A DNA stretch of 64,000 nt from an uncultured Lachnospiraceae bacterium (GTDB lineage: Bacteria; Bacillota; Clostridia; Christensenellales; UBA1242). This document shows, piece after piece, positions 9,129 to 17,287 of the stretch (position 1 is its first letter; every line of letters starts with the position of its first letter). Position numbers and translations under genes: made by a program. The stretch is taken from the NCBI GenBank assembly GCA_964653635.1, contig CAZZGZ010000001.1, positions 9,986-73,985 on the forward strand, written 5' to 3'. The notes beneath the pieces were generated by a model. The model worked only from the letters and a program-made list of their open reading frames with translations, was not told where the DNA came from and searched no databases.

Positions 9129-9399
9129 TTAAAATGATAGTACTTAATCCTTCATTTAAAAATGATATTATTTTACAACCATTTATTTTAACTAATTTTT
9201 CTAAGTCCTTGACCTGACAAAGGCAACAATTATACTTGTTTGAATAGAAACTTGCCTCCCTTTTGGCGCTTTTGCCCAAATTTTCATCTATCAAGATTAA
9301 AAAAATTTTTTTATCACATTTCTTTAATTTGTCAAGTCCCAAAATGCACGTATTTGCTTTACGAGATATAAATATATGATTCTGCAAATTATTATTCAA
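9109..9399 (-). CDS. ylxQ: L7Ae-family RNA-binding protein YlxQ
   Basis: Sits between ylxR and infB. Its size and the pattern ..RKANTCILG..KKIFLILIDENLGKSAKRE..YNCCLCQV.. resemble B. subtilis YlxQ. The start is uncertain: TTG 9399 has SD GAAGGGG at 6 nt, while the ORF track extends to 9456. Confidence 0.6.
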   Translation of the reverse strand: MNNNLQNHIFISRKANTCILGLDKLKKCDKKIFLILIDENLGKSAKREASFYSNKYNCCLCQVKDLEKLVKINGCKIISFLNEGLSTIILNDIKGE

Positions 9400-9643
9400 A
9401 GAGTTCCCCTTCCAAACTTTCATATACATTTTTAGGAACTTCACATTTGAAAGCACGATTCAAGCATTTTTTGGATTTGAGTTTATCGAAACAGTCTCTA
9501 TTTTTGCAGATGTATGCACCTCTGCCATTACTTTTGCCAGTATAATCAATAAATATTTCGCCTTCCTTATTTTTTACAACTCGCACAAGTTCTTTTTTGT
9601 CAAAATGATTACGACAACAAACACACATACGCAATCTTTCCAT
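9392..9643 (-). CDS. ylxR: YlxR-family RNA-binding protein (DUF448)
   Basis: 83-aa ORF with RMCVCCR...GRGAYIC, the hallmark of YlxR. It lies immediately downstream of nusA. Confidence 0.85.
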   Translation of the reverse strand: MERLRMCVCCRNHFDKKELVRVVKNKEGEIFIDYTGKSNGRGAYICKNRDCFDKLKSKKCLNRAFKCEVPKNVYESLEGELFE

Positions 9644-9647
9644 ATGT

Positions 9648-10847
9648 TTACTCCTCGTCTGTTGGAATTTCCTCTAAATCTGAAAGATTCACATCTTGCT
9701 CATCAAGTTCAGAAAGTTCACCAAAATTGTCAAAAGATTCATCGTTTGCCATGTCAGAAATTACATTTTGTTCGGTTTCTAACTTTTGCTGTTGAGTCTT
9801 TATAGCACTCTCAGGTTTCACTTCTATTTTATAGCCAGTAAGCTTAACTGCAAGTCGAACATTCTGTCCTTGTTTGCCTATAGCAAGTGATAACTTGTCA
9901 TCAGGAACGATGACTAAACTTTGTTTTAAGCTATCATTCGTCTCAACGCTCACAACCTTAGCTGGACTCAATGCCCTTGCAATGTATTCAAGTGGGTCAT
10001 CACTATAAAGAACTAAATCTACTTTTTCGCCACCTAATTCTGAAACTATAGTGTTAATTCTAATACCATGATTGCCCACACAAGCACCAACAGGGTCAAT
10101 ATTAGGATTTTCTGAGTAAACAGCAACCTTTGTTCGATTTCCAGCATCTCGAACAATATTTTTAATTATTACATCTCCACTTGCAATTTCAGGAACTTCA
10201 AGCTCAAATAATTTTCTTACAAATCCGATATTGCTTCGTGTAACTTGAATTTGAGTACCAGCAAATGTATCCTTAATTTTCTTGACATATACTTTTATGT
10301 GGTCACCAACACTAAATTTTTCATTTGGAATTTGATCTCTATCAAGTAGCACCCCCTCAATATGAGATGTTGCAGTAGAAGGAAGTTTTACATAGATAGT
10401 ACCACCATCAATTCTCTCTACAATACCAGTAATTAGTTCATCTTCCTTTTCAGAAATTTCCGAAAGTGCCATACTACGTTCAAGTTCTCTAATTTTTTGC
10501 TTTACAACTTGACTTGCAGTCTGTGCAGCAATACGTCCAAATCCTTTTGTAGTTTCTTCCTGCCAAACGACATCACCAACCTTGTATGAAAGTTTTATTC
10601 CTCTGGCTTCATCAAGTGAGATTTCTTTGTCAGAGTCTTCAACATTTTCCACTACCGTTTTTCCTGAGTATATAACAATCGAATTTTTGCTTGGATTTAA
10701 TTCAACTCTTGCAAGTTTTGCTTCACCATATGTTTTCTTATATGCCGACGTAAGTGCATCCTCAAGTGCTGAGGTGAATTGCTCCATGCTTATTTTCTTT
10801 TCAGTTTCGAGGTCTTTTAATGCCTCAAAAAAATCTTGACTTCTCAT
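9648..10847 (-). CDS. nusA: Transcription termination/antitermination factor NusA
   Basis: 399-aa ORF with an S1 domain and two KH-like regions (..GACVGNHGIRINTIVSELGGEKVDLV.., ..AIGKQGQNVRLAVKLTGYKIEV) and an acidic tail. Confidence 0.9.
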   Translation of the reverse strand: MRSQDFFEALKDLETEKKISMEQFTSALEDALTSAYKKTYGEAKLARVELNPSKNSIVIYSGKTVVENVEDSDKEISLDEARGIKLSYKVGDVVWQEETTKGFGRIAAQTASQVVKQKIRELERSMALSEISEKEDELITGIVERIDGGTIYVKLPSTATSHIEGVLLDRDQIPNEKFSVGDHIKVYVKKIKDTFAGTQIQVTRSNIGFVRKLFELEVPEIASGDVIIKNIVRDAGNRTKVAVYSENPNIDPVGACVGNHGIRINTIVSELGGEKVDLVLYSDDPLEYIARALSPAKVVSVETNDSLKQSLVIVPDDKLSLAIGKQGQNVRLAVKLTGYKIEVKPESAIKTQQQKLETEQNVISDMANDESFDNFGELSELDEQDVNLSDLEEIPTDEE

Positions 10848-10857
10848 AAATATCTCC

Positions 10858-11322
10858 TTAAAAATTTATTACAGGCACTATATGTGCAATATCTGATTTA
10901 TTAAACTGTAATTTTTCACCTTCTTTAGTTGAAATACAGACTACATTTTCATCGTAAAAAGTCAATACACCCATAAATACTTTGGTGTTTTTTAGCTTTT
11001 TATAGAGTGTAATTTCAATCTCCTTCCCTTTATTTCGTTCGAAATCACGTGGAAGAATTAAAGGTCTATCAATCCCTGCGGATGATACTACCAACGTGTA
11101 AGGCTTATCGTCTGTTGGATTTAATTTATCTATAATCGGGTCAATAAGTGAACTTATTTTCTCACAATCATTTATGGTGACTCCACCATCTTTATCAAGC
11201 GTGAATATTAATTCCATTCCATCGTGAGTTTTGACATAATCTACATCTAAAAGTTCAAAACCATTTTCAATTATTATACCTTCAACAGCCTGCCTTGAAA
11301 TTTCTTTTATTTTTTTTGCCAA
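10858..11322 (-). CDS. rimP: Ribosome maturation factor RimP
   Basis: 154-aa ORF directly upstream of nusA. The pattern ..LEVSSPGIDRPL.. appears here as LVVSSAGIDRPL. Confidence 0.8.
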   Translation of the reverse strand: MAKKIKEISRQAVEGIIIENGFELLDVDYVKTHDGMELIFTLDKDGGVTINDCEKISSLIDPIIDKLNPTDDKPYTLVVSSAGIDRPLILPRDFERNKGKEIEITLYKKLKNTKVFMGVLTFYDENVVCISTKEGEKLQFNKSDIAHIVPVINF

Positions 11323-11347
11323 TGTAATCTCCTTAATCTATACGCAA

Positions 11348-11373
11348 AGAGTGAGCAATCACTTGCTCACTCT
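11348..11373 (-). terminator. Strong hairpin between the PolC-like gene and rimP (weak U-tract; terminator or processing site)
   Basis: AGAGTGAGCAA-tcac-TTGCTCACTCT forms an 11-bp perfect stem. On the minus strand it is followed only by TTTG. Confidence 0.4.
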
Positions 11374-11440
11374 CATCCACCTAGCAACTAAATTATATCA
11401 CTAATTTAAGATTTTTACAAGTATTTTTACAAATTTTTTT

Positions 11441-13000
11441 TTAAATTTTACCACCTACTTTAACATTTCCATCGTTTCGACACATCTCAAGCAACACTTG
11501 TGCATTAGCATATGCGTCATTCCATGCCCTATGAGCATCAATTAACGGCACTTTATAATACTTTGCTAAAGTTCCCAATGTATAATGTGCTAAAAAAATC
11601 TTACGTCTTGCAAATATTAAAGTATCCAGTATTTCATTATTAAAATGAAGTCCAAACGTCTCTGCTACTCTAAATAAAACCTTATTATCAAAACCTATTA
11701 TATTATGTCCTGCAAGAATCGCTGAACCTACAAACTTGTAAAAATCAATAATTACAGTATTAATACTTGGTGCATTTTCGACCATATCATCGGTAATATG
11801 ATTAATAGCTGACGTATCTTTTGGAATCGGTATAGTTGGTTTAACCAATGTTTCGAACCTTTCACATATTGCACCATCAACTATTTTCACTGCACCAATT
11901 TCAATAATCTCACACTTATCAGTATCCAGCCCTGTTGTTTCGAGATCATACACTACAATAGTTTTCCCATTTATTGTGTCATCATAAGTTTTGACCTTTC
12001 CAAAAAGACTATCCTGCACTAAAGTCTCCATTTTTTCTATTTTTACAACTTGCTTAGCCTTGCTTAAATCCACCTTATCATCATGATGTTCCCACTCAGA
12101 AATATCTTTCACTCTAGCTAAATATAAATCCTTTATATGATAGCAAAGTGTACCATATTTATTGTATTCAACATTACCAAGTCCATAGACAAAAAGTCCA
12201 TTTTCAAGTTTGGAAAGATTGTCATAGTTTGCTTTGTTTGAAAATATAATTGACTCAATTTTCTTTCCATCATTCAAATCAAATGTAAAAAAAGCCTTCT
12301 GTTCACCTGCTTTTTTACCTTTTTTTATAGTAAATGAACGCTCCTTGAAGTTCTCAATAATTCCTCCGAGAATCACAGAGTTCTTTTTCCCTTTTATATT
12401 TTTGATATATTCTGGTCTAGGAGCAATCTCTTTCCCTGCAATCTTTTTAATACTCTCAACTTCATATCGTGGTGTAACGGTAGGCAGACTAAAAATCACA
12501 TCAGCATCTAAATCCACATCCTTTAGTCTGTTTTCATCTTCAATTATCTCCATATAAAAGTCTGCTATGTATTTTTTTTCAAGATAAGTTTTGATTGCTT
12601 GAAGCAATTTTGCGTTTTCAAAATATACAATGGTCCTGCTTGCCAATGTTAATTTGATATACACCGATAAATCACTGACTCTAACTTCAATATCTTCATT
12701 TTTAATAGAAGAACTGACTAATTTATGATTTTGAGTTATAAACGAATAAATATCGTTTTTTATAACACTTGCCTCTAAATAGGATTTAACGATTTTTATA
12801 CGTAAATTTTCTATTTCAAGTTTCTGAAAAAGTAAATCTTTGATACTCTGCTTTTCTTCTTCGCTTATTTGCTTATCACATGGATAAAAAAGCGTGACAA
12901 TTACCTGCCCACTTGGCTTAAAAACTTGCACATTTTTTAATCTCAAAAAATCAAATTTCGTACCAAATTGATTAGAAATTAATCTCGTAATACCTTCCAT
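11441..13000 (-). CDS. PolC-like protein: N-terminal domain, OB fold and DEDDh 3'-5' exonuclease, without PHP or polymerase domains
   Basis: 519-aa ORF. Exonuclease motifs are VVYDLETTGL, HNIIGFDNKVL and HRAWNDAYA. Residues about 190-300 (SVILGGIIENFKERSF..FTFDLNDGKKIESIIFS..GLFVYGLGNVEYNKYG) resemble the PolC OB fold. It occupies the polC position upstream of rimP-nusA. Confidence 0.6.
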   Translation of the reverse strand: MEGITRLISNQFGTKFDFLRLKNVQVFKPSGQVIVTLFYPCDKQISEEEKQSIKDLLFQKLEIENLRIKIVKSYLEASVIKNDIYSFITQNHKLVSSSIKNEDIEVRVSDLSVYIKLTLASRTIVYFENAKLLQAIKTYLEKKYIADFYMEIIEDENRLKDVDLDADVIFSLPTVTPRYEVESIKKIAGKEIAPRPEYIKNIKGKKNSVILGGIIENFKERSFTIKKGKKAGEQKAFFTFDLNDGKKIESIIFSNKANYDNLSKLENGLFVYGLGNVEYNKYGTLCYHIKDLYLARVKDISEWEHHDDKVDLSKAKQVVKIEKMETLVQDSLFGKVKTYDDTINGKTIVVYDLETTGLDTDKCEIIEIGAVKIVDGAICERFETLVKPTIPIPKDTSAINHITDDMVENAPSINTVIIDFYKFVGSAILAGHNIIGFDNKVLFRVAETFGLHFNNEILDTLIFARRKIFLAHYTLGTLAKYYKVPLIDAHRAWNDAYANAQVLLEMCRNDGNVKVGGKI

Positions 13001-13006
13001 GTTTTT

Positions 13007-13034
13007 ATTATAAAATTATTTTTCTTTATTGTCA
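13007..13034 (-). promoter_or_regulatory. Sigma-A-type promoter placed for a leaderless PolC-like transcript
   Basis: On the minus strand: TTGACA (13034-13029), a 16-nt spacer, TATAAT (13012-13007), then aaaaac and the ATG at 13000. There is no SD. Confidence 0.45.
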
Positions 13035-13232
13035 ATATTTTTTGTCAAAACATTTATTAAGACTACTTAAAGAAATAGAATATTTAACAGAAGGAACGGA
13101 GTTAGTTTTAGTTATTTTGCGTACACAACAATAGAAGAAATCATTCTATATAATTTGACTTAAACATTTTAAATTAATTAAAAGATAAAAAGAAGATAAT
13201 CAATGAAGATTAACTTCTTTCTTCCAGTTTGA

Positions 13233-13664
13233 CTAATTTACATAATCTAAATAATGTGCAACTATGGTACTATACATTATATCTGCCATTTGATAGTAGC
13301 CAGCAGTAGTCGGATGTACACTGTCAGTGTATACTTTGAATGTTTCTGTCGAGTAAGGGTTAACAGGTTCTTTAGTGTAAGGAAGATTATATTCACTATC
13401 GTGTGTGGTAGCTACAGGAATGAAGTATACGTTACTTGTACCTTTAAGCTCACTATATAGCATTATTTCCAAGTTCATTACTTTCATGTTTGCACTGTAA
13501 CTAAATTCGCCCGAATCGTTTGTGGTGTAACCATCTGCGTTTGTACTAAAAATTTGTGGTGGTCTAACCAAAGTATTTACAACATATATAGGAATATTTG
13601 AACCCTTTACTGACTTTTGTATGTTTTCTATAAGCGTCTTAAGTGCTTTTTTTTTGGACTTTTT
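13233..13664 (-). pseudogene. 3' remnant of an SGNH/GDSL-family hydrolase gene
   Basis: The frame is open from the stop at 13665-13667 down to 13233 with no ATG near the 5' end. The C-terminal block DSVHPTTAGYYQMADIMY matches GDSL block V, and the N-terminal GDS block is absent. The 5' boundary lies in homopolymer runs (T9, T7). Confidence 0.45.
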
Positions 13665-13763
13665 TTACAAGTCTACATTTTAATAATAAATATTACTAAA
13701 TCTTACATATGTAAATATCTCATATATGAGCTTATATCAAACTAAATAAAATATCTAAACTAC

Positions 13764-13801
13764 AAAAAAACGACCTATGGTCATTAATCTTCCATAGGTC
13801 G
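13764..13801 (-). terminator. Rho-independent terminator of hpf
   Basis: CGACCTATGG (13771-13780) / CCATAGGTCG (13792-13801) form a 10-bp stem, followed on the minus strand by T7. Confidence 0.8.
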
Positions 13802-13830
13802 ATTTTATTAAATTACATAAGATAAGTTTA

Positions 13831-14235
13831 CTATCTAGTGAACTCTTCTACGCCAACTTTAATTTCTTTTTTTGTTTCTTCTTCTGAAACAGCTTTCACA
13901 CCTCTTTGTGCTTCTCTACGTTTTTGTCTCCTATCTGATGAGATTTTAACGCCTTTTTGAGTAGTAGTTTGAGATATTAGTTTATCTGCAACTTTACCCA
14001 ATAGCTCAAAAACATTTTCACTTATATTTTTAGCAAACACTTTAGAAGCTATGGTTCGTCCACCAACGAAAGCTCTCGCTGTAACGACTGTAAGTCCGCT
14101 ACCCTCTTTCTCCACAAGTAATTCAACTTGCTCAGCTCCAAGTTTGCTAAGTGGTCTCAACTTTTTTTCAGCACACTTTTCAATAGTGTTGCTTTCACCG
14201 GTTTGATAATTTCTGTAGTTTATAACAACCTGCAT
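13831..14235 (-). CDS. hpf: Ribosome hibernation factor, HPF/RaiA (S30EA) family, short form with a basic tail
   Basis: The start is trimmed to ATG 14235 (SD AGGAGG, 6-nt spacer). MQVVINYRNYQTGESNTIEKCAEKKL..VELLVEKEG..ARAFVGG follows the HPF N-domain pattern. The C-terminus is K/R/E-rich rather than the long-HPF dimerisation domain. Confidence 0.6.
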   Translation of the reverse strand: MQVVINYRNYQTGESNTIEKCAEKKLRPLSKLGAEQVELLVEKEGSGLTVVTARAFVGGRTIASKVFAKNISENVFELLGKVADKLISQTTTQKGVKISSDRRQKRREAQRGVKAVSEEETKKEIKVGVEEFTR

Positions 14236-14311
14236 AAATGTCCTCCTATAATTATATATGAATATTTTAACATATAATATAAAAAAAGTCAAGTTTTTCG
14301 CATTTATTTTC

Positions 14312-14839
14312 TCAATCTTGCTTATATGCTTTCATATTTTTTTTGAAGACACTCGAAATCATTTCGCTGTTTGCAAGAATTTGCCCTCCATCACTTGACG
14401 CAATGGTCTGTCCCGCTATTGCCCTAAAAGATATTTCACTTTCCGATTGTAGTTTTAAGATATATGTTATAGTATTTACATCTTCAAACTTTGTATACAC
14501 AACTTCATCACTTGAAAAAAAATCAGTCAATGAATACCACCTATTTTCTTTATTAAGAGTGATTGTAATAGGCTCATCTCCCTCTTTATTAATAGTAATG
14601 GAAAGGTTAGGAGTTGAAGACTTTATTTGCACATCAACACTCTTTTCTTTAAGTTTTTTTTCTTCATCAAACGATACACTAATGGTGTACTGCGTACTAA
14701 GTGCCAAAGTTTTATCACTAAAATGAGCCACCTTTATAGTGTTATCTTCGCTACATCCAAAAAAAACAAAGAATGACAACATAAAGAAAAGTCCTAAAAG
14801 CATTACACATATAATTTTGCTTCTAATTTTGAAATTCAT
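14312..14839 (-). CDS. Putative lipoprotein, unknown function
   Basis: 175-aa ORF. It has a signal peptide ending in the lipobox-like FFGC (..FFVFFGCSEDN). Confidence 0.55.
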   Translation of the reverse strand: MNFKIRSKIICVMLLGLFFMLSFFVFFGCSEDNTIKVAHFSDKTLALSTQYTISVSFDEEKKLKEKSVDVQIKSSTPNLSITINKEGDEPITITLNKENRWYSLTDFFSSDEVVYTKFEDVNTITYILKLQSESEISFRAIAGQTIASSDGGQILANSEMISSVFKKNMKAYKQD

Positions 14840-14904
14840 AGAAAAATTCTTGCCAAAAGGCAGAAAAATATACCAAATAGTTAAAAACTTAAAAAAAGTA
14901 TTTA

Positions 14905-16272
14905 CTAGCCAACAGAAAAGATTTGTTTTACTCGTCCTTTCTTTTTATCGTATTCATACCCAGACAAATTACCATCTTGAGAAATTTTTATGGATACGCC
15001 ATATTTTGCCAAATTCATAGCTGCTGCGAGTCGTCCTCCACCATTGCTACCCGCTTCAATTTTGAGTATTGCCCCAACAGCTATGATAGTACCATCATAA
15101 TCTACAACCGTCGCTCCATCCATAGAAACAAGTTCTTCAAGCAACTTTCTGTCGAGTTCTTGAAACTTCTTCCCTGCTATTATTTTGCGAATTGCCATAG
15201 CTTTATAGCAAGACTGCGACATCAAAAAATCCACATAGTTTGTATCATATATTGATTTTATTCTTTCAGCATAATCTTTATTTTTCATTTTGTCAGCATC
15301 GGCAAGAGCAATTTTTTTCTTAATCTCAAAATGTTGATCTGTTAAAATATCTATGACGTCTACATGCGATAGTGCCTCTTCACACATATCTTTTCTTAAA
15401 TAAACAAGACATCCGCCCTTATAAGAAAATGAACAATCAAGTGCAGTGTTATAAATTGATCGACGAATATCTTTAGCAGAAAAAGCTGAGCGAGAAGAAA
15501 GTAGCCTTATAATCTCTTCGTGACTATAAATTATCCAATTCCCATTTCTTTTTGCAAAAGCAAGTGCATGCCCATAATAAACTAATATATCACCATTATT
15601 TGTTAAAACAATACCAATCCTTTTATCTCCACAAAATTTTGCAAGGTTATCATAGGATACCGGTGTGACTGTGGGACAACTTTTCACCTTTTTTAATGAT
15701 AAATAATTTAGTAGATAACCATCTGCTGAAAACTCTACATAGGAATGAATTCCATCCGATAAAAGTGCAAAAAAATCACCATTTATAATATCTAAGTAGT
15801 GTATCTTATGTTCACTTGTATCTTTATCATAAAGATTGACTAATAACCCAAATTTAAGTGGTTGCCCTTCATAAGTACGATTTGACCATTTTTCCATTTC
15901 ATGGATTAACCCCAAAATCGTATTTACCCCCACATCTGAAACTGATGAAATAATAGCCTTTTCGATGGCAAGACGCTGAAGTTCACTTTTGTAACTTATA
16001 TCAATACCTGAAATATTTGAAATTCCATCAAGTTCTTTAACAATTTCCTTTAAAATATTAACTTCAAACGGCTTAAATGGTTGTCCTCTCTTGATTACAA
16101 ATCTGTATTCATCGGACTTGTTTGGCTTTATTAAAACAGTGTTATTCTTACCAAGGGCAACCTCAAAATCACGTGAGGTAGATTCAGTTTCACCATCCAA
16201 AACCGCCCCAGTAAAAAGCGGTAAGATGAGTTTGTTTACAACACCCAAAAATTCAGTTTTTTCCATACTCAT
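14905..16272 (-). CDS. DAC (DisA_N)-fold domain protein with a large N-terminal putative sensor region
   Basis: 455-aa ORF. The C-terminal segment ..GGCLVYL..LLEELVSMDGATVVDYDGTIIAVGAIL..GGGRLAAAMNLAKYGVSIKISQDGNLS parallels the diadenylate cyclase pattern GALIVI..HDGAvii..aAg..GtRHRAA..vvSEEtG.iS. GGGRL stands in place of GTRHR. Confidence 0.5.
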   Translation of the reverse strand: MSMEKTEFLGVVNKLILPLFTGAVLDGETESTSRDFEVALGKNNTVLIKPNKSDEYRFVIKRGQPFKPFEVNILKEIVKELDGISNISGIDISYKSELQRLAIEKAIISSVSDVGVNTILGLIHEMEKWSNRTYEGQPLKFGLLVNLYDKDTSEHKIHYLDIINGDFFALLSDGIHSYVEFSADGYLLNYLSLKKVKSCPTVTPVSYDNLAKFCGDKRIGIVLTNNGDILVYYGHALAFAKRNGNWIIYSHEEIIRLLSSRSAFSAKDIRRSIYNTALDCSFSYKGGCLVYLRKDMCEEALSHVDVIDILTDQHFEIKKKIALADADKMKNKDYAERIKSIYDTNYVDFLMSQSCYKAMAIRKIIAGKKFQELDRKLLEELVSMDGATVVDYDGTIIAVGAILKIEAGSNGGGRLAAAMNLAKYGVSIKISQDGNLSGYEYDKKKGRVKQIFSVG

Positions 16273-16312
16273 TTTCCCCCAGTAAAAATAATAAAAAACA
16301 TTTTGTTATTTG

Positions 16313-16342
16313 ATTTTACAAAAAAAATCTTATGATTGTCAA
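16313..16342 (-). promoter_or_regulatory. Candidate promoter of the DAC-like gene
   Basis: On the minus strand: TTGACA (16342-16337), an 18-nt spacer, TAAAAT (16318-16313). Confidence 0.35.
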
Positions 16343-16425
16343 CAAATTAACAGCTATTTTTAAGTAAAAATTCAAAAAAATTATTCAATTTAAGATTTTT
16401 TTAATTATTTTAAAAAAGTTTTTTA

Positions 16426-17115
16426 TTAATATTTTGAGGCATTTTCCTTGATTATCTTTATAGCCTTATTTTCAATTCGTGAAATATATGAACGTGAAAT
16501 TCCAAGCTTCTGTGCAACTTCCTTTTGAGTCATAACTTTACTACCATTTAGTCCATATCGCATTGTTATTATTTCTTTTTCTCGCTTGCTTAATTTTTCA
16601 TTAATAATCTTTATTAATTTACTCGAATAGATATTATTCTCGACTACATCTATAACCTGTTCTTCATCGGTACTTATTATATCCAAAAGTTCAAGTTCGT
16701 TATCGTCATCATCGCCACTATACATGCTGTTGAGTGAAAGAACATTCTTATGCTTTTTATTTGAACGTATAAGCATTAGAATTTCGTTATCAATACACCT
16801 TGCGGCATAGGTGGATAATTGTACACCTTTTGCATAATCAAAAGAATCAATCGCCTTAATAAGTCCTATAGTCCCTACTGAAATTAAATCATCAGCTTCC
16901 AGTGATCCATGATATTTTTTCACAATATGTGCAACAAGTCTTAAATTGTGAGATATTAAACTTTCTCTTGCATTTTTATCTCCATTATGTGCTTTAACAA
17001 ATAATTCTTGCTCTTGCTCAAGCGTAAGAGGTTTTTCAAATCCTCTTGCTGTTTCAATATAATTTGAAAACATAAAAATGCGACTCATAAAATACACAAA
17101 GTTTTCTACTATCAT
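16426..17115 (-). CDS. sigK: Sporulation-type sigma-70 family factor, SigK-like pro-sigma
   Basis: The start is trimmed to ATG 17115 (SD AGGAG). A terminator at 17197-17225 lies inside the longer ORF-track version. HNLRLVAHIVKKY, DLISVGTIGLIKAIDSF, YAARCIDNEILM and LGISRSYISRIENKAI closely resemble B. subtilis SigK. A hydrophobic pro-sequence MIVENFVYFMSRIFMFSNY precedes ..FEKPLT. Confidence 0.75.
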   Translation of the reverse strand: MIVENFVYFMSRIFMFSNYIETARGFEKPLTLEQEQELFVKAHNGDKNARESLISHNLRLVAHIVKKYHGSLEADDLISVGTIGLIKAIDSFDYAKGVQLSTYAARCIDNEILMLIRSNKKHKNVLSLNSMYSGDDDDNELELLDIISTDEEQVIDVVENNIYSSKLIKIINEKLSKREKEIITMRYGLNGSKVMTQKEVAQKLGISRSYISRIENKAIKIIKENASKY

Positions 17116-17196
17116 AAAATCTCCTAAATCTGAAATCTTTGTATATTTATGCTGTAAATTGTCAAATTTTGCCTGTCCATGCAAATTTAGTCTAGA

Positions 17197-17225
17197 AAAC
17201 AAAAAAAGGCAACTATTATGCCTTT
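17197..17225 (-). terminator. Rho-independent terminator of the vanZ-degV-HIT/RNase H operon
   Basis: AAAGGCA-taatagt-TGCCTTT followed by TTTTGTTT, read on the minus strand. Confidence 0.65.
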
Positions 17226-17287
17226 GATTTTACAACCCATTTTAGGTTGCAACTTTTAAAACAATTTAAAAATTTATAAATGGCTGG

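Noticed and set aside
17116-17202. Long N-terminal extension of the SigK-like ORF
   Set aside because: The extension contains the terminator of the upstream operon (17197-17225). The internal ATG at 17115 has a good SD and yields a SigK-like pro-sequence.
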